Assembly: GCA_965219415.1 (NCBI GenBank)
Contig: CBDCNP010000002.1
Location: 1,440,001-1,504,000, forward strand
Length of the DNA stretch: 64,000 nucleotides
From: Candidatus Marinacidobacterales bacterium
GTDB lineage: Bacteria; Acidobacteriota; Vicinamibacteria; Marinacidobacterales; DATDRI01
Direction: 5' to 3'
Program-made: the position numbers and the translations under genes
Shown: piece by piece, positions 45,616 to 56,120 of the stretch
Layout: each line of letters opens with the position of its first letter
Position numbering within the stretch: position 1 is the first letter of the stretch
The notes under the pieces: model-generated
The model's database searches: none
What the model was told of the DNA's origin: nothing
Seen by the model: only the letters and a program-made list of their open reading frames with translations

Positions 45616-45966
45616 TTATGGAAGGTTTAGAAGGAAGTAAGCGGCAACCACGCTCCCCACAACGGCGGTGCCGTAGCATCCGGCGACGATGAGTGCCGTC
45701 AGGTGCTTGAGCTTCAAACCGTCGTAAAGCGTATAGCGGAGGCGATGCGCTCCGTGAACGAGGGACAGAGAGATGATGACCAAGAGATACAGCCGCGCCA
45801 GAGGATGTCTGACCAGCTCGAGTAGCGAACCATGGCTCGGCGTCTCCAGCCAGCCCACGGGAACTGCGATCGTGGTAACGAACATATGGGCGGGGAAAAA
45901 CAACGCCGCCAACGTGCCTCCAGCGGAGAACAGAAACCAAAGCAGGGGTGTCAGCCGCTTCAACAT
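45616..45966 (-). CDS. frdD: Fumarate reductase membrane anchor subunit D
   Basis: PLLWFLFSAGG, HR.R..L.D; operon position. Confidence 0.88.
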   Translation of the reverse strand: MLKRLTPLLWFLFSAGGTLAALFFPAHMFVTTIAVPVGWLETPSHGSLLELVRHPLARLYLLVIISLSLVHGAHRLRYTLYDGLKLKHLTALIVAGCYGTAVVGSVVAAYFLLNLP

Positions 45967-46386
45967 CTAGCTAACTCTCATCCAAATCCAAACTACGAAG
46001 GCGGAGGCCGCCAACCAGGCAACGTAATTCTGAGCGACGATGACGATATCCGGCACACGCCTGCCCGCAACTCGAACCACCATCGCCTTGGGGGCGAGGT
46101 GGAACCAGGTGAGCGCGTGGAACAACACACCGCCGAACATGAAGATATTGAAGATGACGAAAGCAGGCGATCCCAGCCACAGAAGTGTTCGCTGGTAGGC
46201 CGCTTCACCTTCGACCAGAGCGCCGACTTGCCACAGCGTCAGCAGGGCGAACCAGGCCACGGAGAGACTGGTTAACTCCCGCAGAACAAATCTCGTGTAC
46301 CGCCACTGTTCGAGCCACCACCAAACCGACATCTTCCGCCGATACCACTTCGGGTGATAGAGCGTGTAGTGGACTCGCTCGCTCAT
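45967..46386 (-). CDS. frdC: Fumarate reductase membrane anchor subunit C
   Basis: Start MSERVHY; Y.R.M..WW, LRELTS and H..TWF.LAPKA. Confidence 0.88.
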   Translation of the reverse strand: MSERVHYTLYHPKWYRRKMSVWWWLEQWRYTRFVLRELTSLSVAWFALLTLWQVGALVEGEAAYQRTLLWLGSPAFVIFNIFMFGGVLFHALTWFHLAPKAMVVRVAGRRVPDIVIVAQNYVAWLAASAFVVWIWMRVS

Positions 46387-47126
46387 TTCGAGCCCCTTGG
46401 CAGAAGTACAGATTTGAGCCAGTCGGCCGCGCCGGTGAGCTTGTAACGCTGAATGGCGCCGGCCGGATCCACCCCTTTCGGGCAAGCCTCCGTACACTCC
46501 CCCACGAACGTGCACTGCCACATTCCGTCGTCCTGCGAAAGGATGGAGAGCCGCTCCGCCGCGCCCTGATCGCGAGAGTCCATGTTGTATCTCTGGGCCA
46601 AGGCGGTGGCGGCGGGACCGATGAAGCTAGGCTCGAGCCCGATCACCGGACAGGCGGAGTAGCAAAGGAGGCAGTTGATACACATGCTGTATTGCTTGTA
46701 GTTGTCGAGCTGTTCCGGGGATTGCAGGTACTCGCCATCGGAGAGAGGCTTTTCCTCGTCGCGGACCAACCACGGTTTGACCTTCTTGAGCTTGGTCATG
46801 AAATCGGTGATGTCGACGACCAGATCGCGAACGATCGGAAAAAACCGCAACGGCTCTATCCGGATGGGACCGGGACGGTAGCTCGACAGAAACTCCGCAC
46901 AGGTCAGCGTGGGTTGACCGTTCACCATCATGCCGCAGCTGCCGCACACTCCCATCCGGCACGACCACCGGAAACTTAGAGACCCGTCGAGCTCGTCCTT
47001 GACGTAGTTCAGCGCGTCGAGGATCGCCCAGTCCTTGTGGAAAGGAACCTCGTAGTCCTGGAAAGTCGGCTCCGATTCCTGTTCCGGGCGATAGCGTGAA
47101 ACGCTGAGAGTGATAGTGTCGGCCAT
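46383..47126 (-). CDS. frdB: Fumarate reductase iron-sulfur subunit
   Basis: [22 protein letters not shown] and [11 protein letters not shown]. Confidence 0.95.
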   Translation of the reverse strand: MADTITLSVSRYRPEQESEPTFQDYEVPFHKDWAILDALNYVKDELDGSLSFRWSCRMGVCGSCGMMVNGQPTLTCAEFLSSYRPGPIRIEPLRFFPIVRDLVVDITDFMTKLKKVKPWLVRDEEKPLSDGEYLQSPEQLDNYKQYSMCINCLLCYSACPVIGLEPSFIGPAATALAQRYNMDSRDQGAAERLSILSQDDGMWQCTFVGECTEACPKGVDPAGAIQRYKLTGAADWLKSVLLPRGSK

Positions 47127-47131
47127 GGCAC

Positions 47132-48880
47132 CTACTTTCCGTAGACCCGCTTTCCCGGCGGCCAGCGAGTAATTGTCACTGGCAAGTACTCGATCCGTGG
47201 ACGCTCGCTCGGCGTCTGGTAAGCTAGCGTATGTGATAAGAACTTCTCGTCGTTTCGCTCCGGATAGTCTGTCCGCTGGTGGGATCCGCGGGACTCGGTG
47301 CGAGCCTGCGCTGAGTAGAGGATCGCTTCCGCCACGTCCAACATATAGGAAAGCTCGAGAGCCGAGGTTAGCTCGGTGTTAAAAGTGTGGCTGCGATCAT
47401 CGAGCGAAATGTCTTCGAACCTCTCCTGCAGTTGCCGGACGCTCTCCGCCCCTTTTTCGAGATCGGGGCCGTTTCGGTAGATCCCGGCACTCGCCTCTGT
47501 CGTTTTCTGCATCTCTACGCGCAGCTCGGCGATGCGCTCCTTGCCGCCCGTCTTGTTGAGATACTGCTTGTGGAGTCGTCGCTCCTCATCGTGGGCCTGC
47601 GCACGGACGGCAGATCCCGCTTCCCTTGCACGGTTGTCCAGGGCGAAATCGGCGGCGAGTTTGCCGGCGCGCGCCCCGAATACCAGGAGCTCGGTGAGCG
47701 AATTCGAGCCCAAACGATTGGCCCCGTTGATACTAACGCAAGCCGCCTCCCCCGCGGCGAAGAGCCCAGAAAGAGGTGTGGCACCGTGAATATCCGTGTG
47801 AACACCTCCCATCATGTAGTGAACCACCGGGCGAACCGGAATCATCTCGTCCACCGGATCCAGGTTCACGTACTTCTGACAAAGCTCCCGAACAAACGGT
47901 ATCCTCTTGTTGATCTTTTCTTCCCCAAGGTGGCGAATGTCGAGATGAACGTAGTCCCCATAAGGCCCTTTCAACGTGCGGCCTTTCTCCTGTTCCTTGA
48001 CAAAGGCTTGGGAGAGACGGTCGCGGGGCCCCAGCTCCATCGAGCGCAACACCGGCTGGGGCTGAGGCCTTCCGAGGTCGTAGTCCTGGAGATAGCGGTA
48101 GCCGTCCTTGTTGAGGAGCCAGCCGCCCTCGGCGCGGGACGCTTCCGTGATCAGGATCCCGCTGAACGGAAGCCCGGTCGGGTGGTATTGCACGAACTCC
48201 ATGTCCTTGAGAGGAACTCCGGCGCGGTACGCCAGCGCCATACCGTCGCCGTTCTTGATGTTCGCGTTGGTGGTGAAATCAAATACTTTCCCGCAGCCTC
48301 CCGTGCAGAGGATGACGCTCTTCGCGAGAATGGTCACAATCTTTCCGGTGGCGAGCTCGATGGCAACGACCCCCTGGCAGCGTCCATCGTCGACCAAGAG
48401 CTTGGTGACGAAAAACTCGTCGTAGCGTTGTATGGGGTCGTACTTGAGAGTCGTCTGGAAGAGGCTATGCAGCATGTGAAAACCGGTTTTGTCGGCGGCG
48501 TACCAGGTGCGCTCGATCTTCATTCCACCGAAGGGCCGGACCGCAACCTTTCCGTCCGGTAGCCGGCTCCAAGGGCAGCCCCAGTGCTCCAGTTGCACCA
48601 TCTCATGGGGTGCCTCTTTGACGAAGAGCTCCACCGCATCCTGATCGCATAACCAGTCCGCACCGGAGATGGTATCGTAGGCGTGCGCGTCGAGACTGTC
48701 TTCGGACTTGATGACCGCCGCCGCGCCACCCTCCGCGGAAACGGTGTGGCTGCGCATGGGGTAGACCTTGGAGACCACCGCCAAGCTGAGATCGGGGTCG
48801 GTCTCGGCAACCGCGATAGCGGCGCGCAGGCCGGCACCCCCACCGCCAACGATCAGGACGTCATGCGAGAAGACTTCCAT
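47132..48880 (-). CDS. frdA: Fumarate reductase flavoprotein subunit
   Basis: [16 protein letters not shown] (covalent FAD His), QYHPTG, HYMMGG and [10 protein letters not shown]. Confidence 0.95.
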   Translation of the reverse strand: MEVFSHDVLIVGGGGAGLRAAIAVAETDPDLSLAVVSKVYPMRSHTVSAEGGAAAVIKSEDSLDAHAYDTISGADWLCDQDAVELFVKEAPHEMVQLEHWGCPWSRLPDGKVAVRPFGGMKIERTWYAADKTGFHMLHSLFQTTLKYDPIQRYDEFFVTKLLVDDGRCQGVVAIELATGKIVTILAKSVILCTGGCGKVFDFTTNANIKNGDGMALAYRAGVPLKDMEFVQYHPTGLPFSGILITEASRAEGGWLLNKDGYRYLQDYDLGRPQPQPVLRSMELGPRDRLSQAFVKEQEKGRTLKGPYGDYVHLDIRHLGEEKINKRIPFVRELCQKYVNLDPVDEMIPVRPVVHYMMGGVHTDIHGATPLSGLFAAGEAACVSINGANRLGSNSLTELLVFGARAGKLAADFALDNRAREAGSAVRAQAHDEERRLHKQYLNKTGGKERIAELRVEMQKTTEASAGIYRNGPDLEKGAESVRQLQERFEDISLDDRSHTFNTELTSALELSYMLDVAEAILYSAQARTESRGSHQRTDYPERNDEKFLSHTLAYQTPSERPRIEYLPVTITRWPPGKRVYGK

Positions 48881-49207
48881 CGTTGGTGTTCAATCGAACA
48901 AGAGGGGAGCGTCAAAACCAGACGGGTTCGACGAGTTCGATAAGCCCGCAAGCAACGACTTTGTCATTCGGGCGCTAATATTAAATGGGGAGACGGAACC
49001 GACGCAAGTTTTTTCTAGTCGGTGCGCTTTGCAAGCGAGGCGAAGTACGGCCCTTCAAGGAGAAGGGCTCGTCACAGTCTACCAGGGAGCAGACTGCCTT
49101 GGCGCTTCGTGACCGGGGCCGAATAGCCTGATAACCTTCTAACACAAAAGGGGTTAACTCTCCCCCAACTCCGGGCCCAACTCCTCGGCGCCGAGCCGCC
49201 CGTATAC

Positions 49208-49216
49208 TGGTATAAT
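49208..49216 (+). promoter_or_regulatory. Extended -10 promoter of the ccm operon
   Basis: TGGTATAAT about 42 nt upstream of the ccmE ATG; GAGGAG RBS follows. Confidence 0.55.
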
Positions 49217-49258
49217 CCGCGTGTCGACGCCGAGCGCGTGGATTCGAGGAGAGACCTT

Positions 49259-49684
49259 ATGGCACCCAAGAAAACCAAGTTTGCGGCCGGTATCGCCTTA
49301 ATTCTAGGAGCCATTCTTTGGCTGGCGATCTCCGGCTTCGAAGAAGGAAAGGCCTATTACCAAACGGTTTCCGAACTGAAGGAAATGGGCTCGACTGCGG
49401 ACGGCATCAGGATGCGGGTCGGGGGCAACGTCGTGCCCGGCTCCATCGTGAGGCGGGGCGGTGTCGTCGAGTTCCAGATCAGCCAGGACGATGACGTGCT
49501 CACCGTCCGTTACGTCGGCAAGGACCCCTTGCCCGACACGCTCGTCGATCGCGCTCAAGCGCTGGCCGAGGGGCACTACCGGAATGGCTCCTTCGAGGCA
49601 TCGATGATTCAAGCGAAGTGCGCCTCCAAGTACGAGGCGGCATATGGCGAGAACAGCCAGGAAGGCAGCCCGCAGAGTTACTAG
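49259..49684 (+). CDS. ccmE: Heme chaperone CcmE, Cys type (CxxxY)
   Basis: N-terminal TM, RVGG.V..GS, Y.G..PD and AKCASKY. Confidence 0.92.
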   Translation: MAPKKTKFAAGIALILGAILWLAISGFEEGKAYYQTVSELKEMGSTADGIRMRVGGNVVPGSIVRRGGVVEFQISQDDDVLTVRYVGKDPLPDTLVDRAQALAEGHYRNGSFEASMIQAKCASKYEAAYGENSQEGSPQSY

Positions 49685-49705
49685 CGGCGACGCCTTAGGA
49701 GACCC

Positions 49706-51748
49706 GTGCAACACCTAGGAAACTTTTCCTTGATGGCCATCTTCGTGTTGGCCGTCTATGCCATCGCGGCGTCGCTACTCGGTGTCCGGAAGGGCCGCCC
49801 CGGTCTCGTGGTTAGCGCCGAACGTTCCCTTCTCGCTTGCGCCGGACTATCCACCGCTTCCGTCTTCGCGCTCGTTACTCTGCTCTTCAAGAGTGATTTT
49901 CGATTCGAGTACGTCGCCAACTACTCGAATCGCGAGCTGCCGACGTTTTATAAGATCGCGTCGCTCTGGGCTGGCAACGACGGCTCGCTATTATTCTGGA
50001 GCTGGTTGCTCATCGTTTTCAGCGCCGCCGCGGTTTTGATCAACCGCAACAAGAATCGCGAGTTGATGCCCTACGTCGTGGCGACCCTCGGGGTCATCAT
50101 CCTCTTCTTCACCTACATGAACTACTGGGTGACGAATCCCTTTCACCAACTCGGGGTGGTGACCGCTTCGGGCGTGACCGAGGCCTGGGCCCCGCCGAAC
50201 GGACGTGGACTGAATCCCTTGCTGCAACATCCCATCATGGTTATCCACCCCCCGATTCTCTATATCGGCTACGTCAGCTTCGCCATTCCGTTCGCTTTCT
50301 GTGTGGGGGCGCTCCTCTCGCGGCAGCTCGGGTCGGAATGGATAACCTCGACCCGGCGGTGGACGCTTTTCTCTTGGTTCTTCCTGGGCACCGGGATCAT
50401 TCTCGGTGGCCGCTGGGCGTACGTCGAGCTCGGCTGGGGAGGCTATTGGGCTTGGGATCCGGTGGAGAACGCGTCGCTGATGCCGTGGCTGACCGCGACC
50501 GCGTATCTCCACTCGGTGATGATCCAGGAAAGAAAAGGGATGCTAAAGATATGGAACGTGTCCCTTGTGATCACAACCTATCTGCTGTGCATCCTGGGCA
50601 CGTACCTGACGCGAAGCGGCATTGTTTCTTCGGTACATGCATTCGCCGAGTCCGATTTTGCCAAGATTTTCCTGTTTTTCATTATTGGAGCCGCGGTGTT
50701 CTGCGCGTGGCTCGTCATTTCACGGCTACCCTTGCTCAAGAGCGAGAATGAGCTGGATTCTTTGGCGTCACGGGAGTCGAGTTTCCTCTTCAACAACCTC
50801 CTCTTTTTGGCGGCCTGCTTCGCGGTGCTTTGGGGCACGCTGTTCCCAGTCTTCTCTGAGGCAATCCAGGGCGAGAGAGTGAGCGTGGGACCGCCGTTCT
50901 TCAACAAGATCAACGTACCGATCGGATTGCTTCTGCTGTTCCTGACCGGGGTTGGCCCGCTACTGGCGTGGCGCAAGAGCTCGCTCGACAGCTTGCGGCG
51001 CAACTTCCTTTGGCCCTCCTTCACGGGGCTCGCGGTGAGCGCCGTTTTGTTTGCCTTCGGAATGCGGCACTTCTATGCCTTGGTTTGCTACATGCTGTCG
51101 GCCTTCGTTATCGGCACCGTGGTACAGGAGTTTCACAAGGGGACCATCGCGCGCCGACGACACCGCGGCGGCGGCTACGCCTCGGCGATGGTGGACCTCA
51201 CTTTGGTCAACACCCGCCGATGGGGCGGGTACGTCGTTCATTTGGGGATGGTGCTGATCTTCATCGGGATCGCAGGATCCGCCTTCAACGTCGATCGCCA
51301 GGCCGACCTCGTGCCGGGTGAGTCGATCAGCATCGGAGACTATACGATCGAGCTCCTTCGTCTCGAAGACGGAAGGACGCCCAACTACGACTGGATGTCG
51401 ACCGTCTTGGAAGTCCAGAAGAATGGCGAGGTCATCGGAGAATACGACCCGCAGAAGCATTTCTACCGGGCAAGTAAACAACCAACTTCGGAAGTGCGAA
51501 GATACTCCACCTTTCGTGAGGACCTCTACTTGGTTTTCAGCGGGATGACGGACGAGGACAAGGCCACCGTTCAGGTCTACTTGAACCCCCTGGTCCGCTG
51601 GGTCTGGGTCGGCGGCATCGTCATGTTCCTGGGTACCATCGTCATCATGATTCCCAACAGGCGCGAGCTTAAGCTGGCCAGAAGGGACAAGGCCGAAGCC
51701 GCGCCCCTTGATGAGGCCGAGGCCGGGCGCCGTCACGAGGTGGCCTAA
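49706..51748 (+). CDS. ccmF: Cytochrome c heme lyase CcmF
   Basis: W.G..GSLLFW, LNPLLQ, HPP, WGGYWAWDPVENAS and SVHAF. Confidence 0.96.
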   Translation: MQHLGNFSLMAIFVLAVYAIAASLLGVRKGRPGLVVSAERSLLACAGLSTASVFALVTLLFKSDFRFEYVANYSNRELPTFYKIASLWAGNDGSLLFWSWLLIVFSAAAVLINRNKNRELMPYVVATLGVIILFFTYMNYWVTNPFHQLGVVTASGVTEAWAPPNGRGLNPLLQHPIMVIHPPILYIGYVSFAIPFAFCVGALLSRQLGSEWITSTRRWTLFSWFFLGTGIILGGRWAYVELGWGGYWAWDPVENASLMPWLTATAYLHSVMIQERKGMLKIWNVSLVITTYLLCILGTYLTRSGIVSSVHAFAESDFAKIFLFFIIGAAVFCAWLVISRLPLLKSENELDSLASRESSFLFNNLLFLAACFAVLWGTLFPVFSEAIQGERVSVGPPFFNKINVPIGLLLLFLTGVGPLLAWRKSSLDSLRRNFLWPSFTGLAVSAVLFAFGMRHFYALVCYMLSAFVIGTVVQEFHKGTIARRRHRGGGYASAMVDLTLVNTRRWGGYVVHLGMVLIFIGIAGSAFNVDRQADLVPGESISIGDYTIELLRLEDGRTPNYDWMSTVLEVQKNGEVIGEYDPQKHFYRASKQPTSEVRRYSTFREDLYLVFSGMTDEDKATVQVYLNPLVRWVWVGGIVMFLGTIVIMIPNRRELKLARRDKAEAAPLDEAEAGRRHEVA

Positions 51749-52269
51749 TGGCCGTAACCAGCCTAAACAGCCTACACGGGATGTTCTGTAGCTCGCTTTT
51801 ATTGAGTGTCGCGTTAGTCCTGCTCCTTGGTGCGCCCGCCCATACGACGCAGCAGTACTCCGCCGAAGAAGCTCTCTTCAAGAACGTTTGCGATGCGCTT
51901 ACTTGCCAGTGTGGCTGTCACAAGATGCTCAGCATCTGCGAAATGCAAGGCTGTCACTCGGCAACACCTATGCGCGCGGAGATCAAGGAAAAGCTGGCCG
52001 AGGGTGAGGGCAAGGAAGCAATTCTCGCGGGCTTCGTCGACCGATACGGACTCGTAGTTCTATCGGCGCCCCCGACGTCCGGTTTTCACCTTACCGCTTG
52101 GATCATGCCCTTCGTCGTGCTGATGGCCGGGGCTTGGGTCGCGAAGAGCGTCCTCGGTTCTTGGAAACGCCAAACCGTCGAGACCGCAAGTGAAAGCCCG
52201 GATAAGAAGGTGTCGGAGATCACCGCCGAACAGCAAGCTCGCATCGACCGCGAGCTTCAGGATTTCTAG
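51748..52269 (+). CDS. ccmH: CcmH-like protein with Cys-rich motif
   Basis: LTCQCGC..C...C, MR.EI, F..RYG..VL..PP and W..P. Confidence 0.75.
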   Translation: MAVTSLNSLHGMFCSSLLLSVALVLLLGAPAHTTQQYSAEEALFKNVCDALTCQCGCHKMLSICEMQGCHSATPMRAEIKEKLAEGEGKEAILAGFVDRYGLVVLSAPPTSGFHLTAWIMPFVVLMAGAWVAKSVLGSWKRQTVETASESPDKKVSEITAEQQARIDRELQDF

Positions 52270-52788
52270 TTGACGCTCCTTTTTCTGACCGCGCTCGCGG
52301 GCGGCGTCGTGTTGTTCGTGCTATTCCCTATCTTTGCTCGCGCGTCGGAAGTCAGCCAGCGCCCGACGGCAATCGCCCAAGAGCGAAAGAACCTCGGCGA
52401 GAAGAAGGAACGCCTCTACGAGGCGATCAAGGACCTCGACTTCGAGCACCAAGCGGGTAAGTTGTCCGAAACCGACTACAAGTCGGTGCGAACAGCCTTC
52501 GTCAACCAGGCCGCCCAGGTCATTGCCCGTCTCGACGAAATCGACGAAAAGAACTCGGCAGCGATCGGGCAACCCGAAGAATCAGCCCCCGAATCTGCGC
52601 CGGACGCAGTCAGAGTCGCAAGCGGCCAATTCTGTCCTTCTTGCGAGCTGCGGAATCCGGCTGGAGCAAAGTTTTGCATGCGCTGTGGGAGCAAGTTGAC
52701 GAGCCCAGCCAACTGCCCTCAGTGCGGCATCGAGCTCCTGGAGGAGGCCCGCTTTTGCACCGCGTGCGGCGTAGCTGTACCAGCCTGA
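52270..52788 (+). CDS. CcmI-N-like membrane protein with double zinc ribbon
   Basis: TM, IKDLDFEHQAGKLS..DY, and four CxxC pairs. Confidence 0.75.
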   Translation: MTLLFLTALAGGVVLFVLFPIFARASEVSQRPTAIAQERKNLGEKKERLYEAIKDLDFEHQAGKLSETDYKSVRTAFVNQAAQVIARLDEIDEKNSAAIGQPEESAPESAPDAVRVASGQFCPSCELRNPAGAKFCMRCGSKLTSPANCPQCGIELLEEARFCTACGVAVPA

Positions 52789-52846
52789 CGGGCCTGACGG
52801 ACCTGACGGACCTGACAGGCCTGACCGGCCTGACCAATTTGACTAG
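52784..52846 (+). repeat. Seven 9-bp tandem units CCTGACNNN
   Basis: cctgacggg cctgacgga cctgacgga cctgacagg cctgaccgg cctgaccaa tttgactag. Confidence 0.9.
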
Positions 52847-54050
52847 CCTCCGCACGGCGGCGATGGTTTTGGTCTCTACGGTGTACTGGGGTGCGCCATC
52901 GCTTCTCTCCGCTCAGCCTCGTGGTGGTGTCCTGCGTGCGACCATCGTCAACGGCACCACCGGGGAACCCGGCAGTGGCGAGAAAGTGACGCTGTTCAAG
53001 CTCAGCTCGGGAATGGAGCCCATCAAAACCGCGGAAGGGGTCTCCGGAAAGTTCGTGCTCGAGAACATCGAGATCGCCGGTGAAGCGCCCTACCTGCTCC
53101 AGGTCACTTCCGGTGGAGTGAACTACAACCAGAGAGTGAGCTTTGGGCGAGGCTATGAGGCCAAGGCCTCTTTCATCGTCTACGATACTACTGACGAGTG
53201 GGAGGACGTCACCATCACAACGGCGCGCTACTTGCTACGACGCGACGACCAACGGCTCCGTGTGGACAAGTTGTTCGTGGTTGAGAACACGACTTCCCCG
53301 CCAAGGACACTCTTCGATCCCGAGGGCACGTTTCGCTTTACTCTTCCTGCCGACGTAGTCGAGCTCCGCTCGGTCTCCGCAACCTCGAGCAGCGGAATGC
53401 CAGTGCCGCAGCCGGCCTCGCCCGCGCTCGATGGCCCGGGCTTTTTCACACGGACCGCGTTCAAGCCGGGGTCGACCGACTTCACGGTCTCGTACGACGT
53501 GGAGTACTCCGATACGGAGGGCCATGAGTTTCGGGATACCGCGTTCTTTCCGCTGGCCGAGGCGATGATCCTCGTTGCGCCCGCCGACATCGAGCTCGTA
53601 GCCGAGGGGTGGGAGAACAAGGGGCCCGATCCTGACGGACGCTTCGTGGTTCTGTATCGGGAAAACGTCGCGGCTGGAACGCCGCTCGAGGTCGACCTCT
53701 CGGGCGGGAGTAAGCACGCAGCCAATTTGATTCCCTCTTCCTCTGAGGGGGGCGGCGAGCAACAACCTGCAGGTGCACGCATCACCGTCCTTCCCGACTC
53801 TACGAGCGCCCAAAAATGGATCATCGTCACTCTGATGGCGGCCGCCTTGGTGTACGGTCTTCTCGCTGCCTTGGTCCCAATACCTTCAAGTGAGCACCCC
53901 GCCGGTACGAGGACCGACCCTGCCAACACTTTTAGGCAAGCGATAGGCCGGCTCGAAGAGCAGCACGCAACTGGGAAGATTTCCTCCAAACGCTACAAGA
54001 AGGAAAAGCGAGAGCTCCAGGCGCGTCTGGCAAAGGAGGGCGAGCACTGA
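52839..54050 (+). CDS. Exported beta-rich protein with C-terminal TM and SHOCT-like tail (ccm-associated, unknown function)
   Basis: Signal-like N-terminus, VNGTTG, TM, LEE.H..GKIS...Y; start uncertain (CTG 52785, TTG 52839 or ATG 52863). Confidence 0.65.
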   Translation: MTSLRTAAMVLVSTVYWGAPSLLSAQPRGGVLRATIVNGTTGEPGSGEKVTLFKLSSGMEPIKTAEGVSGKFVLENIEIAGEAPYLLQVTSGGVNYNQRVSFGRGYEAKASFIVYDTTDEWEDVTITTARYLLRRDDQRLRVDKLFVVENTTSPPRTLFDPEGTFRFTLPADVVELRSVSATSSSGMPVPQPASPALDGPGFFTRTAFKPGSTDFTVSYDVEYSDTEGHEFRDTAFFPLAEAMILVAPADIELVAEGWENKGPDPDGRFVVLYRENVAAGTPLEVDLSGGSKHAANLIPSSSEGGGEQQPAGARITVLPDSTSAQKWIIVTLMAAALVYGLLAALVPIPSSEHPAGTRTDPANTFRQAIGRLEEQHATGKISSKRYKKEKRELQARLAKEGEH

Positions 54051-54772
54051 GCACAGCGCTCGAGGCACGAGGTGTTACCAAGCGCTTCGGACGCTTCGCG
54101 GCGTTGGTCAATCTCAACCTGCGAGTCGCGGCAGGAGAAGTACTGGTCCTCTTCGGAAGAAACGGCGCCGGAAAAACAACGTTCCTTCATTTGGCGGCGA
54201 CACTGATGACCCCGACCGAGGGGCAGCTCATCTACGGCGATGATGAGGAATCCTCGTCGGCCGAAGAAATCCGCCGCCAGATCGGGCTCGTTTCTCACGC
54301 CAGCTTTCTCTATCCGGATCTCACCGTGCGAGAGAACCTCGCGTTTTATGCCCAGTTGTACGGGCTCTCAGACACAGATTCCGTGGTGGATGAGGCGATA
54401 AGGCACGCCGACCTGTCGGTGCGGGCCGACTCTCCAGTGAGGAGTCTGTCGCGCGGAATGCATCAACGACTCACCATCGCCCGCGCGGTCCTGCACCGAC
54501 CCTCTCTCCTACTGCTCGACGAACCTTATACAGGCCTCGACCCGGTGTCCGCTGACCGGCTATCGGCTCTGCTCACCGGCTTCCGGGAACAAGGCACCGC
54601 GGCCATTCTTACGACCCACGATCTCGAGCGCGGACTCGCAGCCGCCGACCGCGTCGCCATCCTCGAATCCGGGCGATTGGTTCATGAAGGGACGGGCAGC
54701 CAAGATCCTAAAGAATTTCGGGAGGTCTTCACCGAAGTTACCCAGAGGAGGCGCACCGCCTCAGCGCGGTAA
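54047..54772 (+). CDS. ccmA: Heme exporter ATPase CcmA
   Basis: GRNGAGKTT, LSRGM and LLDEP; homology extends upstream to CTG at 54047 with AAGGAGG. Confidence 0.9.
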   Translation: MSTALEARGVTKRFGRFAALVNLNLRVAAGEVLVLFGRNGAGKTTFLHLAATLMTPTEGQLIYGDDEESSSAEEIRRQIGLVSHASFLYPDLTVRENLAFYAQLYGLSDTDSVVDEAIRHADLSVRADSPVRSLSRGMHQRLTIARAVLHRPSLLLLDEPYTGLDPVSADRLSALLTGFREQGTAAILTTHDLERGLAAADRVAILESGRLVHEGTGSQDPKEFREVFTEVTQRRRTASAR

Positions 54773-54777
54773 CGGCA

Positions 54778-55470
54778 GTGAACTATCTATCAGCCGTCGC
54801 CGCGATCATCAACAAAGATATCCGCTCCGAGCTTCGCACCAAGGAGATGGTCGCGTCGATGTTCGTCTTCTCGGTGCTGGTCCTACTGATCTTCAATTTC
54901 ACACTCTCTCTAGATGGAGAGACCACGCTCGCGTTGGCACCGGGGATTCTTTGGGTCGCCTTCGTCTTCGCCGGGTCACTGGGACTCAACCGCAGTTTCG
55001 CTTCCGAGCGTGAAAATCGTTCCATCCATGGGTTGATGCTGGCACCGGTGGATCGGAGCGCCCTATATTTCGGAAAACTCGCGTCCAATGTCATTTTCAT
55101 GCTGACTGCGGAAATCTTTCTGTTACCGCTCTTCATGGTCTTCTTCAACTTGAATTTACTTGCCGAGCTCGAGCCGGCAGCGTTTATGACCTTTTTGCTC
55201 GTGGTCGGTCTCGGAACGCTCGGTTACGCGGCCGTTGGTACGACGCTAGCCGCCATCGCCGCGAACACGACAATGCGCGAGGTCCTTCTCCCCGTGTTGC
55301 TGTTCCCAGTCACCGTGCCGGTTGTGATCGGCGCGGCCGAGTCCACCCGGCTCATCTTGCAACCCGATCTCTTCAACAGCCCGTGGAGTTGGATCCGGCT
55401 GCTGGCGGTCTTCGCCGTGGTTTTCGTCGTGGTATCCTGGCTAACCTTCGAATACGTTTTGGAGGAATAG
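54778..55470 (+). CDS. ccmB: Heme exporter permease CcmB
   Basis: KD.R.E.R, GILW, F..E.EN and LLPVLLFP..VP. Confidence 0.92.
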   Translation: MNYLSAVAAIINKDIRSELRTKEMVASMFVFSVLVLLIFNFTLSLDGETTLALAPGILWVAFVFAGSLGLNRSFASERENRSIHGLMLAPVDRSALYFGKLASNVIFMLTAEIFLLPLFMVFFNLNLLAELEPAAFMTFLLVVGLGTLGYAAVGTTLAAIAANTTMREVLLPVLLFPVTVPVVIGAAESTRLILQPDLFNSPWSWIRLLAVFAVVFVVVSWLTFEYVLEE

Positions 55471-55473
55471 AAC

Positions 55474-55947
55474 GTGCTAGGACATCTCGCCGTCGTCGTG
55501 ATCTCGCTATCAACCATGGCCTCCCCATCACCACAGTCGGAGGTCACGGTTCGTGGCAGAACCGTTTGCCTCGACTCCTCGGGCAAGCCTTCCTCGGACG
55601 AAAAGTCGTGCGATCTCGCAAACGGCTTTGCCTTTCGAGCGCAGAACGAGACGCTCTACCGCTTTTCACCGACCGATAAGCGTGTCGAGATGCTGACCGA
55701 CGCGCGAGTGCGTTCGCAGGAGTTAGAGTTCGAGGGTTGGTTGCGCGAGGAGAACGAGATCGAGATCATCAAGCTCTACTCGGTCCACGACGGCGAGCTC
55801 TACGACATTTTTTATCGGTGTGACGTCTGCAACATCACCGCCCACACTCCGGGGCCATGTTGGTGCTGCTATGAGGACTTCGAGCTCCGTGAAACCCCTA
55901 GTGACTCGAAGTCCCGATCCGGGCGCCAAAATAGGAAGGAGCCATAA
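55474..55947 (+). CDS. Exported Cys-rich protein of unknown function
   Basis: Signal peptide; CDVC...PGPCWCC. Confidence 0.7.
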   Translation: MLGHLAVVVISLSTMASPSPQSEVTVRGRTVCLDSSGKPSSDEKSCDLANGFAFRAQNETLYRFSPTDKRVEMLTDARVRSQELEFEGWLREENEIEIIKLYSVHDGELYDIFYRCDVCNITAHTPGPCWCCYEDFELRETPSDSKSRSGRQNRKEP

Positions 55948-56120
55948 TCAAAGTGACCAGGCGCCGGGAAGAGTTTGAACTTCGCGAAACCCCCAGGAAA
56001 TGAGTAGAAACTACACGGGGATCAGAGCCGCCGTCTGGCCACACTGTTCTTTGGCACAACCCATTTGGCGGCCAGCATGTGACAGTGTCATAAAACTAGA
56101 TCCGACCCCACGTTAAAGCC

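Noticed and set aside
49071-49113. Hairpin upstream of frdA as a riboswitch/ncRNA
   Set aside because: A 9-bp stem is possible, but I recognise no family motif; needs an Infernal/Rfam scan.
51900-51960. Heme-binding CxxCH in CcmH (CQCGCH, QGCH)
   Set aside because: Spacing does not give C-x-x-C-H.
52784-52846. CRISPR array
   Set aside because: 9-bp units without unique spacers; no cas genes in the window.
56030-56100. Sigma54 site or IS end (TGGCAC..., TGACAGTGTCA palindrome)
   Set aside because: The -12 element does not fit, and there is no partner repeat or transposase.
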